IMG/VR virus record: IMGVR_UViG_3300032320_001009 | Coordinates: 1-64,000 of that record | Strand: one strand, 5' to 3' | DNA from: a virus | Lineage: Duplodnaviria; Caudoviricetes | Length of the DNA: 64,000 nt | Made by a program: the position numbers and the translations under genes | Part shown: in pieces, positions 9,456 through 20,225 of the stretch | How the letters are laid out: each line of letters starts with the position of its first letter | How positions within the stretch are numbered: the stretch's first letter is position 1 | The notes under the pieces: model-generated | The model's input: only the letters and a program-made list of their open reading frames with translations | Told to the model about the DNA's origin: nothing | The model's database searches: none

Positions 9456-11437
9456 TGGCAATCAATCCGAACAGCCCTAAGTACCCAGAAATTGACCCAT
9501 CATTACTTCCTGGTGTTCCAGGACAACGTGGACCAACTGGTCCTCGTGGTAACACAGGTCCAACTGGTCCTGCTGGTGTAGCAGGTTCTGCATCTGCAAC
9601 TGGTGCAACAGGTCCAATCGGTGCAACAGGTCCTACAGGTCCTGCCGTAACTGGACCAACAGGACCAACTGGTGCACGTGGTTTACAAGGTGTGACTGGT
9701 GAAGCAGGTCCAACTGGTCCTCGTGGCCCACTTGGTTTGCAAGGTGACTTAGGTCCGACTGGTGCACAAGGCTTACCAGGACCTACAGGTCCTGTTGGTG
9801 TTACTGGACCTACTGGTCCACAGGGTGCAGCAGGTTTTGTTGGTAGCGATGGTGCAACTGGACCAACAGGTGCAGTTGGTGCAACTGGACCAACAGGTGC
9901 TACAGGTGCTGCTTCAAATGTAACTGGACCAACTGGTTCACAGGGTCCAACTGGTCCGACAGGTGCTGTGTCAACTGTTCCAGGACCAACTGGTCCAACA
10001 GGAACACAAGGTGTTCAAGGTGCAACTGGTCCAACTGGAGCAACTGGTCCACAAGGTTTATTAGGACCAACGGGTGCAACAGGTCCTGTATCAACACAGC
10101 CTTCTACTGTTCCAGGACCTACTGGACCAACAGGTCCTGCAGGTGCTGCAACAGTAATCAAAGGTGAGTACGCAGATTTACCAACACTACAAGCAGCAAA
10201 ACCAACTGGTTCAATTGGTGACTCTTATCTTTTAACAAATGGTGACCTCTGCGTTTGGAATCCAACACTTATTTCTCCAACACAAGGTGGTTGGCAAAAC
10301 GTTGGAAACATTCAGGGTGTACAGGGTAACCAAGGTTTGCAAGGACCAACTGGTGCAACAGGACCAGCAAGTAACATAACAGGACCTACTGGTTCTCAAG
10401 GTCCGACTGGACCAACTGGAGCAACTGGTGCTGCTTCTAATATCACTGGTCCTACAGGCTCCCAAGGTCCTACAGGTCCTACTGGAGCAACGGGTGCTGC
10501 CTCAACTATTACTGGCCCTACAGGTCCGCAAGGACCTACAGGTCCGACTGGTGCACAGGGAACTTCTATCAATGTTAAAGGAGTTGTAGCAAACGTAGGA
10601 AACTTACCTGCAACAGGAAACACTGCTGGTGATGCTTACATCGTATCTTCTAACTCCAATATTTATATTTGGTCAGGCTCTGCTTGGGTAAACGCTGGAC
10701 AATTTGTTGGCCCAACAGGACCTACGGGTGTTACAGGACCTGCAGTTACAGGACCTACTGGTCCAATGGGTCCACGTAGTGGTACTACTTTTACAGTAAC
10801 CAACAACGGAACAAATGACCAGTACCTCATTGGAGGAATTGCTGGCAATACTCCAACACTTATTTTACTTCGCGGGGAAACGTACTACTTTGATGTTAGC
10901 GGATTAAATATTGCTGACCCATTTGCTTTACGTCTAACAGAGAACAACACAGCAAATGTTCCAGGTGCTACAAACAATGACCCAGTAGGTGGACGTTACT
11001 CAGCCTCTACAAACACTATTATCACTTATGTAGTTCCTTTAGATGCTCCTGCAAATATTGTCTATCAAAGCACAAATAGCGCAGCACAACTTGGCGTTAT
11101 TGCAATCTATGATAAAAAGGGTGAAACAGGACCTACAGGTCCAACTGGCCCTACAGGAGCCACGGGTCCTCAATCCCAGGTAACTGGACCAACAGGACCG
11201 TTAGGGCCAACAGGACCAACAGGTCCAGTCGGTAAATTTACTGCTACAGGTCCTACTGCCCCTAGCATTGCAACAGCAACTCTAGGTGATGCTTGGTTTA
11301 ACACTCAAAACGCAAAAACCTATGTATTCTTTCAAGGTGCGTGGGTAGAAGTTGCTTCAGGAAACGCGGGTCCTACAGGACCACAAGGTTTTGTTGGAAG
11401 TTTGGCAATCTCTACTTCATGGTGGTTTGGAATATGA
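9455..11437 (+). CDS. collagen-like fibre protein 1 (Gly-Pro-Thr repeats interrupted by small globular domains)
   Basis: Long (G-X-Y)n runs dominated by GPT/GAT. Spacers [11 protein letters not shown]...GDSYLL and [12 protein letters not shown]...GDAYIV. Degenerate cupredoxin-like domain at about 10780-11110. Confidence 0.85.
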   Translation: MAINPNSPKYPEIDPSLLPGVPGQRGPTGPRGNTGPTGPAGVAGSASATGATGPIGATGPTGPAVTGPTGPTGARGLQGVTGEAGPTGPRGPLGLQGDLGPTGAQGLPGPTGPVGVTGPTGPQGAAGFVGSDGATGPTGAVGATGPTGATGAASNVTGPTGSQGPTGPTGAVSTVPGPTGPTGTQGVQGATGPTGATGPQGLLGPTGATGPVSTQPSTVPGPTGPTGPAGAATVIKGEYADLPTLQAAKPTGSIGDSYLLTNGDLCVWNPTLISPTQGGWQNVGNIQGVQGNQGLQGPTGATGPASNITGPTGSQGPTGPTGATGAASNITGPTGSQGPTGPTGATGAASTITGPTGPQGPTGPTGAQGTSINVKGVVANVGNLPATGNTAGDAYIVSSNSNIYIWSGSAWVNAGQFVGPTGPTGVTGPAVTGPTGPMGPRSGTTFTVTNNGTNDQYLIGGIAGNTPTLILLRGETYYFDVSGLNIADPFALRLTENNTANVPGATNNDPVGGRYSASTNTIITYVVPLDAPANIVYQSTNSAAQLGVIAIYDKKGETGPTGPTGPTGATGPQSQVTGPTGPLGPTGPTGPVGKFTATGPTAPSIATATLGDAWFNTQNAKTYVFFQGAWVEVASGNAGPTGPQGFVGSLAISTSWWFGI

Positions 11438-11456
11438 TGCAGAAAGGTAGCAACTA

Positions 11457-14051
11457 ATGCCAGGATTTTTAGGCGGTAGTTCAAGCGGTGGAGGAGTAAG
11501 CGGAGAAATTCGTTTCCCAGCCGAATTCATTGACCCAGTAACCAAACTGCGTGTCTCTGAGCCTCAGACGCTCATGGACACGGACTTCGAATACGGTCTG
11601 CAGCCAACCAAGTGGGAAACAGTTGAACTTATCAACAACACTCCCTCATTCTTTTCCGCAAGTGGTGATACCACAATCCCAAATATTAGTGAGATGACCA
11701 CAACTGCTGGTTCTCGCGAAATTAAAATTGTTACTTCTTTACCTCATAACGTTGCGGTTGGTATTCCAATTAACGTTACAGGAACAAAGTCACTAACCGC
11801 AGATGGTTCTTACATCATTAACTCTATTCCAGATGCAACTACCTTTACATATCTATGTCGACAAAATCAATTAACAACTGCGTCTATCCTAGATTTGTAC
11901 ACATCTATTATTACAGGTCAGTTCTTCCAAGGTTCTCAAATTCGTATTTCTGACTCTTTAGGAATTGTTACAAATGCAACATCTCCACAATCTACACTTA
12001 CTATTACAACTGATGCTCCACATGGGTTTGGTGTTAACACTCCTTTCTACTTCCTAAACCTTAACTCAACTATTTCACAAACATTTGATTCTTCAAACAC
12101 AGGTTCAAAGACATTTGACGCATCAAATACTGCAACAGCACAATCTTTTGATGGCTCTAACACTCTTACAAGTTACTTATTTGATTTAAACAATCGCCCT
12201 GTTTCTGGAGGCGTAACTAGCAACGTGGTAAACGTTGCTGTAACTGAAGACACTATTACAGTTACACACGCAGGAGAAAACTTTGTGGGAAGACCTATAG
12301 GTACTCCTCTTTACTACTCAGTTTCTCCTACAGGTTCAACAGGTCACTTTGTCACTAATCCTAGAGGCGTTGTTTACCTTGCTTCAAATAATAACTTAGG
12401 AACTAACTCCTCTACATTCTCTGTTTCTCTATTGCCTGGTGGGGCAATTTTAGATTTAACTAACTCTTTTACAGGAACTTTCCAACTTGCAAACACAGCG
12501 ACTACATTTGCTGGAAATACTATAGATGAGCAAGGCCAGACAGTAGTAAACGTTGATGCTGGAACACCAAGAAGTTTTGATGGTGCAAATAACACAGGCT
12601 CACTTTCTACTGTTAACTCTTTCTCAAACGGCTCTCCATTTATTCAAATGGTTAACGATGCTGGTTCTGGTACTGACACAGGTCTATACGTTGGTGCAAT
12701 GGTTCTTTACACCTCTTCAAATGCAGTTCCTGGTCAAGCAGGTGGGTTAACACACAACACCACATACTGGGTTACTTTCTATAATGTAATTGTTCCTGCA
12801 GCCCCTGGATTAATTCAGATAAAGGTTTCTGCATCAATTGGTGGTCCAGACATCACAATTACTTCTCAAGGTTCTGGAACTCACAAATTTAGACAAATCG
12901 GTGTTTCTGTAGATAAGGACATCGTTCATCTTCGTTCACACGGTCTTGTATCAGGCGATATGGTTAAGTATACTTATCCTTCTGGTGGTGCTGTTACTCG
13001 TGCTGCTTTTGTTAAGGATTACATGTTCGTTACTCGTATTGATAACGATAATTTCCAACTTGAATCTGATATTGGAATGCAAGCAACTGGTGGAACGCTT
13101 ACCACCCAAAATATTGGTGGAATAAATTACAAACTGCACGAGTTTAAAGTTGCAGCAAGTCCATTTATCGATTCGCAAGTATTTACGCTTACCGTTACAT
13201 CGGGAAATGCAGTCGCTGATTTCTTAGTAATTGGTGGCGGTGGTGCTGGTGGTCAGTACGTAGGCGGTGGCGGTGGTGCTGGTCGTATGGCTGAAGGAAC
13301 CATAAATCTTTCTCCTGGAACATACACAGTCACAGTTGGTGGCGGTGGACGTAAAACTGCTAACGGGTCTACAGGTGGACGCGATGGCGATTGGCGTGAT
13401 GGCAACTTGTCCTCATTTGTTGGCGGTGGTATAACCATTTCTTGCCCTGGTGGTGGACGTGGTGGTAATTACCCAGATAATGGTCAAGGCTCTGCTAACA
13501 ATGGTGGTTCTGGTGGCGGTGCTGGTGCATTCCAAGCAGGTGGTGGCGTTGGTGGACAGCCTGTTGGTGCAACTTTAACTGGTGTGCTAACTGGTGCTTC
13601 TTATGGATTTAAGGGCGGAGACAACCAAGGTTCTCGCCCAAATAACGACTGTGAAGGTCGCGGTGGTGGCGGTGCTGGCGGTGCTGGTGTTACAGCCTAT
13701 GGTGCTGAACCATCTGATGGTGGTATTGGTCGCCAATCAGCAATCACAGGAACAAACTTCTTTTATGCAGGTGGCGGTGGTGGCGGTGGCTACTACCCAG
13801 GCGACTACGGTTCTGCTCGTTGCGGTAATGGTGGTTCTGGTGGTGGCGGTGGCGGTGGAGCCCACGCTAATGGAACTGTAGGTACAGGCGGTACTGGTGG
13901 ACCAACTAACGGTTCAAACGGTTCCTCGGTTGGAGAAGGTCCTGGCGGTAACGCTGCTCCACACACAGGTTCTGGTGGTGGAGGTTGCGGTCACTCCGAA
14001 AACGGCGGTAATGGTGGTTCTGGTTACGTTGTCATTAGATATAGAGCATAG
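11457..14051 (+). CDS. large virion structural protein with beta repeats and C-terminal glycine-rich (polyglycine II) domain
   Basis: N-terminal DPVTKLRVSEPQTLMDTDFEYG, HG..G...Y repeats, then GGGGAGG-rich domain ending GGNGGSGYVVIRY. Confidence 0.75.
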   Translation: MPGFLGGSSSGGGVSGEIRFPAEFIDPVTKLRVSEPQTLMDTDFEYGLQPTKWETVELINNTPSFFSASGDTTIPNISEMTTTAGSREIKIVTSLPHNVAVGIPINVTGTKSLTADGSYIINSIPDATTFTYLCRQNQLTTASILDLYTSIITGQFFQGSQIRISDSLGIVTNATSPQSTLTITTDAPHGFGVNTPFYFLNLNSTISQTFDSSNTGSKTFDASNTATAQSFDGSNTLTSYLFDLNNRPVSGGVTSNVVNVAVTEDTITVTHAGENFVGRPIGTPLYYSVSPTGSTGHFVTNPRGVVYLASNNNLGTNSSTFSVSLLPGGAILDLTNSFTGTFQLANTATTFAGNTIDEQGQTVVNVDAGTPRSFDGANNTGSLSTVNSFSNGSPFIQMVNDAGSGTDTGLYVGAMVLYTSSNAVPGQAGGLTHNTTYWVTFYNVIVPAAPGLIQIKVSASIGGPDITITSQGSGTHKFRQIGVSVDKDIVHLRSHGLVSGDMVKYTYPSGGAVTRAAFVKDYMFVTRIDNDNFQLESDIGMQATGGTLTTQNIGGINYKLHEFKVAASPFIDSQVFTLTVTSGNAVADFLVIGGGGAGGQYVGGGGGAGRMAEGTINLSPGTYTVTVGGGGRKTANGSTGGRDGDWRDGNLSSFVGGGITISCPGGGRGGNYPDNGQGSANNGGSGGGAGAFQAGGGVGGQPVGATLTGVLTGASYGFKGGDNQGSRPNNDCEGRGGGGAGGAGVTAYGAEPSDGGIGRQSAITGTNFFYAGGGGGGGYYPGDYGSARCGNGGSGGGGGGGAHANGTVGTGGTGGPTNGSNGSSVGEGPGGNAAPHTGSGGGGCGHSENGGNGGSGYVVIRYRA

Positions 14052-14060
14052 GAGAAAAAG

Positions 14061-17000
14061 ATGCCATTAGACATTACCGCAACAGGTGCTGCAGGTGTTC
14101 ACTCCCTTGCAAAGACTAACGTTAACGTTGAAGATAACTTCTTTTACTATAACTCCTTAGCAGGACAGGCTCGCCCTGCAGTTTTTGTTGAAAACTCTCC
14201 TTGGTTATTTAGAAACTTGACAGGAACTATTGGTGGGTTAACTTCTGGTTCTCTTTACTTTATTAGACCTATTGAAGGTAAGGGTTTTTCTTTAGCAACA
14301 ACTAGCGGTGGAACTGCTATTGACATTACTTCAGTAGTTACTGGAAATACCACCTTTAATATTCCTTATGTATTCAATAACCGTTTAAACCTCTCTACAG
14401 GCTTTGTATCTCGTCAAGCCGTAAAGTATTATACAAATAGCACTCCTTTGACAGGTATGGTTTCGGGAACCACCTACTACTTAAGACAAGTTGAAAACCC
14501 AGGTTTTGGTGAGGCTTCTCTGTATAGTTTTACAGCCCACACATTCACAACTGGTGGCGCAACAGGGCGTACTGCACCTACTTTAAGCACACTATCTACT
14601 GCCTATAACAATGCTGGAGCAACTTGGGCAACAAGTACCTCTAACCTTAACCAAGGAGCATTTCAAGGCTATCAAGATTGGACAGTTCCTATCTCTGGAC
14701 TCTACGAGTTTGAAGTTAGAGGTGCTGCAGGTAGAGCCTCGGCAGGTGCTGCAGGTGGTGGCGGTGCAATCGTTAGAGGACGCGTTCAACTTACAAAGGG
14801 CGAAATCATAACAATTGCTGTTGGTCAGCGAGGAATGAGTGCTCCTGAATCAGGAACAGGACCTAACAATAACTGGCCTGGTGCAAGTGGTGGAACATTT
14901 GTTGTTCGCAAAACAGGTAACGTCCCATTGTTTATTGCAGGTGGTGGCGGTTCTGCAACAACTAATAAAGTTGGTTTTGATGCTGCTATTGCACCAAACG
15001 GTGGTCTTGGTGAAGGCTCTTCCTCTGGAAACGGTGTAAACGGTAACGGTGGTACATCAGGTCAAACTGGTGGTTCTGGTGGTGGTTTCTTAACTGCTGG
15101 TTCTGGTGCGACATACGGTGGTTCTGGTGCTGGATTTAACGGCGGTCTTGTTGGAGGTACTGGTACAACTGGCGGTGACGGCGGTGGTAACGGAGGCTTT
15201 GGTGGCGGTGGCGGTGGAGATGGTTCTTTTGTAGGCGGTCCTGGTGGTTCTGGAGGTTACTCTGGAGGTAATGCTGGTACTGGTGGTAATACTAAAGGTG
15301 GTGCTGGAGGTTCATTCATTGTTGCAACTGCGGTTTCCGTAGCAACATCAGACGGAACTTACAGTGGTGCTTCTACATTTAACTCCTTACCTATAACTAA
15401 CTTAAACTCTCGAACCACAGGTGTTTCAGAAGGCTCTGTTACAGCAACTCTTATTCAGTCTAACAACGCTTCTTTTTCCGTACACCCTAATGCTGTTGAC
15501 GCAGACACAAACGCAAACGCAATTGCTATTACACCACAGGGTAGTCAGTACCACACTTTAGTTCCTATAACTTTAGACTTAGAAAATGACACAATAAACA
15601 TTCCTGCTGGACACGGGTTGTCAGCAAATGATGCTTTGGTATACAGATTTACAGGAACTGCCCCAACAATTGCGGGAACTCCTTCAACAAGCCTTGTTGC
15701 TGATACAACCTATTATGCAAACATAGTTAATGCTTATACCTTTAGGTTGAGTACAACTCCTGCTCCAACATATTCAAACATTAATTTCAGTGTGCCAGCA
15801 GGTGCTACAGGTCAGTCCTTTGGAAAAGTTATTGCAAACATTGCAACAGACAGCATTACTATTCCAAGCCACGGTTTCCTAGCAGGACAGCCTATTCGTT
15901 ATTCAACAGGTGGTGGAACCCCTATTCTTCCGCTACAAAATCTTGCTACTTACTATGTAAAGACAGTTATAGATAGCAATAACATTCAATTAAGCCAATC
16001 ACTTGGTGGACCTGTTATTAACCTAACTGCTGCGGGTACAGGAACAACCCATTCCTTTATTTACGTAGTTGTAAATATTGACGAAGATAGTTTATACATT
16101 CCAGGTCACGATTTAGTTACTGGTTCTAGAGTTGTGTACTCAGCAGGTTCGGGAACCGCTATTGGAGGATTAACCTCTGGTCAGTCTTACTTTATTTCTA
16201 AAGTTGATAACAACATCATCAAGTTAGCCACTAACAAAGAAGGAACTAACTTAGTTAATATAACATCTTTAGGTATTGGTAACCACACCTTAACTACTAA
16301 CCAACTTGATTTAGTTGCTAACCAAATCTCTATACCTGCTCATGGGTTTAGCCAGGGCGAACTTGTTCAGTATGATTCTGTTGGTCAAACTGTTGTAGGT
16401 GGGTTAGTTTCTGGTAACCCTTACTACATCATTTTAATTGATGGTGACAACATCAAACTTGCTTCAACATTAGAAAATGCAAATTCCAACGTACCAGTTG
16501 ATTTAACACAGGTGGGTGTAGGCGTTCACAGAATTCTTTCACTATCAAAGTCTCCTGATGGAACATACACAGTAAACTCTGTTCCTCAAACTCCAAACCC
16601 TACTACTTTTACTGTTCCTGCAAATGGTTTTGTACCAAATATCGTTAAAGTAGTGACACCTCGTAGCGTTGTAGACCTACAGCAGAATAACGTAAAAATC
16701 TTGTCACATGGATTTATTACAGGAACGTCTGTCAGATACAGTGCAGAAGGTGGAACTGCTATTGGTGGTTTAACAAATAATACTGTTTACTATGTAATCA
16801 ACATAAGCAAGGACCATATCCAATTAGCAAGCACAGTAGAAAATGCTTCGTCTGGTGTTCCTATTGTTCTAACTACTTTTGGTGGAGGTACTGACCACAC
16901 ATTTACTTCTTCTCAAATTAACGGATTTGTTACTGGTACAGGTACAGTATCCACGTCTTCTGGTTCTACTTTAGTATCTGGATTTAACACTTCATTTGCT

Positions 17001-19688
17001 AAGATTTTAAAGGTTGGAGATACTTTTAGACTATTTCCACCAAATGTTACTACTGTAATAACATTTGCTAGTGCTGCAGTTATACCAAATCCTACAAATA
17101 CTATTACCAGCAATGGACACCTATTTAGCACAGGAGATTCCGTTGTTTACACAGCGGGTATTGGTTCTGTTGCACCTACTGGTTTAACCTCTACACTCTT
17201 CTACTTTGTACGCCGTGTAGATGCTAATACTGTTGCGTTGTATAACACTTCTTCAGACGCAATAAACAATACTAACCGAGTAGTTATTACAACAGTAGGT
17301 TCTGGAACTACGCATACTTTGGTTAGAACAATTCCTGCTTCCCCAATTCTTCGTAAGATTACGGCTATTGGTTCTGATACACAGGTCACTGTTAATCGTC
17401 CATACGCAACTGCTTTTTCAGGAACATCTTACGCTTACCAGACTTTCGTTTATGTACGTCCTCAAGGCTACTCACTACACCGCCCATTTGACGGTGGTGT
17501 TGAAATGTCTACGGGTGTTGGTACATCTAATGCTTCGATTATTCGTCAAACACGTAAGTACTTCCGTTACCAGTCAGGTAAGGGTCTACAGACATCTGCT
17601 GGTATTAACTTCAAACCAACAATTGACCTTGAAACATTAGTACGTGTATCTGCAACTACTTTCCAAGGTACTTCTCGTCGTCCTCATGGGTTGATAAATG
17701 GGTTGTTTGTTACTATTTCTGAAGCACGAACAAATACTGGCGCAATCAGTACGGTCTATAACGGAAAATTCCAAGTCACTGTTTTAGACCCACTAAATTT
17801 CACTTGCATTGCTACGACAACAGTTCCTACAGGACTAAATGCAAAAGCGTATGGATTCCCACAATTCAACGTTGACTCTTGGACCAACGGAGCAATTCGT
17901 TCAGGTATGTTTGATTTCCAAAACGGAATGTTCTATGAGTTTGATGGACAGAAGATGTACGCTGTACGTCGTTCATCTACTCAACAAATGGCAGGAACTG
18001 CAGCAGCCTTGCAGGGTTCTGAGTTTATTTTTGGAACAGGAACTACCTTTACTACACAACTAGCCATCAATGACTACGTTGTTATGCGTGGTCAGTCTTA
18101 CAAGGTAACAAGTATCTTGAGTGACACACGTATTACTGTAAAGCCTGAATATAAAGGTGCTTCTGGAATTGAAAAAGAGTTTGACCCAGGAAATGGAACA
18201 ACAGGTGTAGTTCGTGTAGCAACTGATACATTTGTTATCCAAAATCACGGATTTACTCAAAACCTTCCAGTTGTGTATGACTCTATTGATGGAAGCCCAA
18301 TTGGTGGTCTCATCAATGGTCGTACCTACTACGTTGATGTTGTTGATAACAACGTTTTTGCTCTTAAGGCATCGCCAGATTCTGTAACTGACGTAGCAAT
18401 TTCTAGCGTCGGAGCACTTTCACCGCACTCCTTTACACCAGCAAAGAGCGGTATTATCATGACCAAGACAGTAGATACTCGTGTTGCACAGGAAAACTGG
18501 ACTATCGACCCTTGCGATGGAACTGGTCCAACAGGTTTTAACCTTGACCTAAACAAGATTCAGATGGTTTACATCGATTATTCTTGGTACGGTGCTGGAA
18601 AGATTCGTTTTGGATTTAAAGACCAGACTGGTGAAGTTAAGTATGTCCATGAATTTATCCACAACAATATTTTGCTGGAATCATACTTCCGCTCAGGTAA
18701 CCTACCTGCACGTTATGAGGTAACCACCTACACTGACCCTACCTACATTCCGTTCCTATTCCACTGGGGTACTTCGGTTATCATGGATGGTAAGTTTGAT
18801 GATGACAAGGCTTACTTGTTCTCTGGCTCAAGTCAGACCCTAACTATTACTGGAACTACCGCTAAGAACTTTGGTTCACGAGCAATCACTATTGCCACCG
18901 ACGTGATAACTATTCCATCTCACGGCTTTACTACTGGAGAAGCAGTCCAGTTTATTGGGTTGACTCCACAAGGATTAACAGGTTCTAATCTCCAAAACCC
19001 ATTAACAGTAAACAATGGCACTAATCCGTTTAATAACTTGCAAAATAGTAGGACGTACTTTATTCGTTCAGTAAACGCAAACGAACTTACTTTGCACCCA
19101 ACTGCTAATGACGCACTTGCAACAGGTGGAACAAACCGAATTGACATTACCTCTCAAGGTAACTCTCAATATACCTACTACTTGTACCCAATTGGCTCAC
19201 TAAATAACACCTCTGGATTAAACTACCAGCCACTTATTTCTCTTCGTCTATCTCCTTCAGTATCTGAAGGTTTGACAGGTAAGTTAGGTGACCGTGACGT
19301 TATTAACCGTATGCAGTTGCGTACAAAAGAACTTGCTGTTCAGACTACTCAGTTGGTAGATGTGAAGGTCTTGATTAACCCTCGCCTTAACAACCTCAAC
19401 TTTGTTGCTGTACCTTCACCTTCTCTAACACAGGTTATCCAGCACACTGCAAACGACACCGTATCTGGTGGAATTCAGGTCTATAACTTCCGTGCTGCTG
19501 GTCAAGGTGGTGCAGAACAGTCAACTAACGTTTCTCTAGATGAGTTGTTTGAGTTGTCAAACTCTATTCTTGGCGGTGACTCAGTGTTCCCAGATGGTCC
19601 TGACATCCTCACTATTGCGGTGTCTCGTTTGACTGGTAACACTACACTTGCATCTGCAAAGTTAACGTGGACTGAAGCACAGGCGTAA
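14061..19688 (+). CDS. giant (1875 aa) virion structural/fibre protein with about 10 beta repeats and an ALK/LTK-like glycine-rich domain
   Basis: Repeat consensus I.IP.HG...G..V.Y...GG..IGGL....YY....D.N.IKLA. The WTVPISGLYEFEVRGAAG-GGGGA domain resembles the ALK/LTK Gly-rich family. C-terminal RQTRKYFRYQSGKG...IDYSWYGAGKIRFG lectin-like region. Confidence 0.75.
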   Translation: MPLDITATGAAGVHSLAKTNVNVEDNFFYYNSLAGQARPAVFVENSPWLFRNLTGTIGGLTSGSLYFIRPIEGKGFSLATTSGGTAIDITSVVTGNTTFNIPYVFNNRLNLSTGFVSRQAVKYYTNSTPLTGMVSGTTYYLRQVENPGFGEASLYSFTAHTFTTGGATGRTAPTLSTLSTAYNNAGATWATSTSNLNQGAFQGYQDWTVPISGLYEFEVRGAAGRASAGAAGGGGAIVRGRVQLTKGEIITIAVGQRGMSAPESGTGPNNNWPGASGGTFVVRKTGNVPLFIAGGGGSATTNKVGFDAAIAPNGGLGEGSSSGNGVNGNGGTSGQTGGSGGGFLTAGSGATYGGSGAGFNGGLVGGTGTTGGDGGGNGGFGGGGGGDGSFVGGPGGSGGYSGGNAGTGGNTKGGAGGSFIVATAVSVATSDGTYSGASTFNSLPITNLNSRTTGVSEGSVTATLIQSNNASFSVHPNAVDADTNANAIAITPQGSQYHTLVPITLDLENDTINIPAGHGLSANDALVYRFTGTAPTIAGTPSTSLVADTTYYANIVNAYTFRLSTTPAPTYSNINFSVPAGATGQSFGKVIANIATDSITIPSHGFLAGQPIRYSTGGGTPILPLQNLATYYVKTVIDSNNIQLSQSLGGPVINLTAAGTGTTHSFIYVVVNIDEDSLYIPGHDLVTGSRVVYSAGSGTAIGGLTSGQSYFISKVDNNIIKLATNKEGTNLVNITSLGIGNHTLTTNQLDLVANQISIPAHGFSQGELVQYDSVGQTVVGGLVSGNPYYIILIDGDNIKLASTLENANSNVPVDLTQVGVGVHRILSLSKSPDGTYTVNSVPQTPNPTTFTVPANGFVPNIVKVVTPRSVVDLQQNNVKILSHGFITGTSVRYSAEGGTAIGGLTNNTVYYVINISKDHIQLASTVENASSGVPIVLTTFGGGTDHTFTSSQINGFVTGTGTVSTSSGSTLVSGFNTSFAKILKVGDTFRLFPPNVTTVITFASAAVIPNPTNTITSNGHLFSTGDSVVYTAGIGSVAPTGLTSTLFYFVRRVDANTVALYNTSSDAINNTNRVVITTVGSGTTHTLVRTIPASPILRKITAIGSDTQVTVNRPYATAFSGTSYAYQTFVYVRPQGYSLHRPFDGGVEMSTGVGTSNASIIRQTRKYFRYQSGKGLQTSAGINFKPTIDLETLVRVSATTFQGTSRRPHGLINGLFVTISEARTNTGAISTVYNGKFQVTVLDPLNFTCIATTTVPTGLNAKAYGFPQFNVDSWTNGAIRSGMFDFQNGMFYEFDGQKMYAVRRSSTQQMAGTAAALQGSEFIFGTGTTFTTQLAINDYVVMRGQSYKVTSILSDTRITVKPEYKGASGIEKEFDPGNGTTGVVRVATDTFVIQNHGFTQNLPVVYDSIDGSPIGGLINGRTYYVDVVDNNVFALKASPDSVTDVAISSVGALSPHSFTPAKSGIIMTKTVDTRVAQENWTIDPCDGTGPTGFNLDLNKIQMVYIDYSWYGAGKIRFGFKDQTGEVKYVHEFIHNNILLESYFRSGNLPARYEVTTYTDPTYIPFLFHWGTSVIMDGKFDDDKAYLFSGSSQTLTITGTTAKNFGSRAITIATDVITIPSHGFTTGEAVQFIGLTPQGLTGSNLQNPLTVNNGTNPFNNLQNSRTYFIRSVNANELTLHPTANDALATGGTNRIDITSQGNSQYTYYLYPIGSLNNTSGLNYQPLISLRLSPSVSEGLTGKLGDRDVINRMQLRTKELAVQTTQLVDVKVLINPRLNNLNFVAVPSPSLTQVIQHTANDTVSGGIQVYNFRAAGQGGAEQSTNVSLDELFELSNSILGGDSVFPDGPDILTIAVSRLTGNTTLASAKLTWTEAQA

Positions 19689-19700
19689 GGAGGACAACCC

Positions 19701-20225
19701 ATGCCGATTATTCGACTTGGAGTTCTAACTCCTGCTGCCAACACAGGTCAACAACTTATATCAGTTGCTAACTCACATTTAGCATCTGTAGTAATTGCTA
19801 ATACCTCTTCTCAAGCAACCCCCTTATGTAAAGTAGACATTTGGGTCCAGCCACAGGGAGCAACTCAAGTTAGTGATTATGCGTATATTGCCTCTAACTT
19901 AACTATTGGTGTAGGTCAATCTTTTGAGACTTTTAGATTTGCATTAAATGCTCAAGACTCTATTTTTGTAAAATCAACAATTGCAGGTACGTCTTTTTCT
20001 GCATACGGCCTACTGCAAGCAGATGATGTGGGTCCTGGAGATTTTCCCCTTGTCTTTAGAAATAAGACCATCAGAGGAATAAATAACACTTTGTATTTAG
20101 ATAAGGGAACTACTGCTGCTAGAGACGTTAATGCAGAAGTAGGGTATGTTAGGTTTAATACAGAAATCGATGCCCTAGAAGTGAAAACTGCTGCGGGTTG
20201 GAAAACGATAACGGCGGTGTCATAA
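19701..20225 (+). CDS. hypothetical virion protein; N-terminal domain paralogous to the next gene
   Basis: MPIIRLG...[20 protein letters not shown] vs MPITRLG...[20 protein letters not shown] in 20226..21458. Confidence 0.7.
   Translation: MPIIRLGVLTPAANTGQQLISVANSHLASVVIANTSSQATPLCKVDIWVQPQGATQVSDYAYIASNLTIGVGQSFETFRFALNAQDSIFVKSTIAGTSFSAYGLLQADDVGPGDFPLVFRNKTIRGINNTLYLDKGTTAARDVNAEVGYVRFNTEIDALEVKTAAGWKTITAVS

Noticed and set aside
5874-11457. CAACTAA recurring in several intergenic gaps (about 5874, 6668, 8273, 11451)
   Set aside because: A short A/C-rich 7-mer at inconsistent distances from starts; it cannot be distinguished from chance without statistics.
14049-14061. Stop-codon readthrough or genetic-code reassignment fusing the 864- and 1875-aa genes
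   Set aside because: A good AGGAG SD precedes ATG 14061, and TAG, TAA and TGA all end clearly conserved genes elsewhere. In-frame adjacency occurs by chance one time in three.
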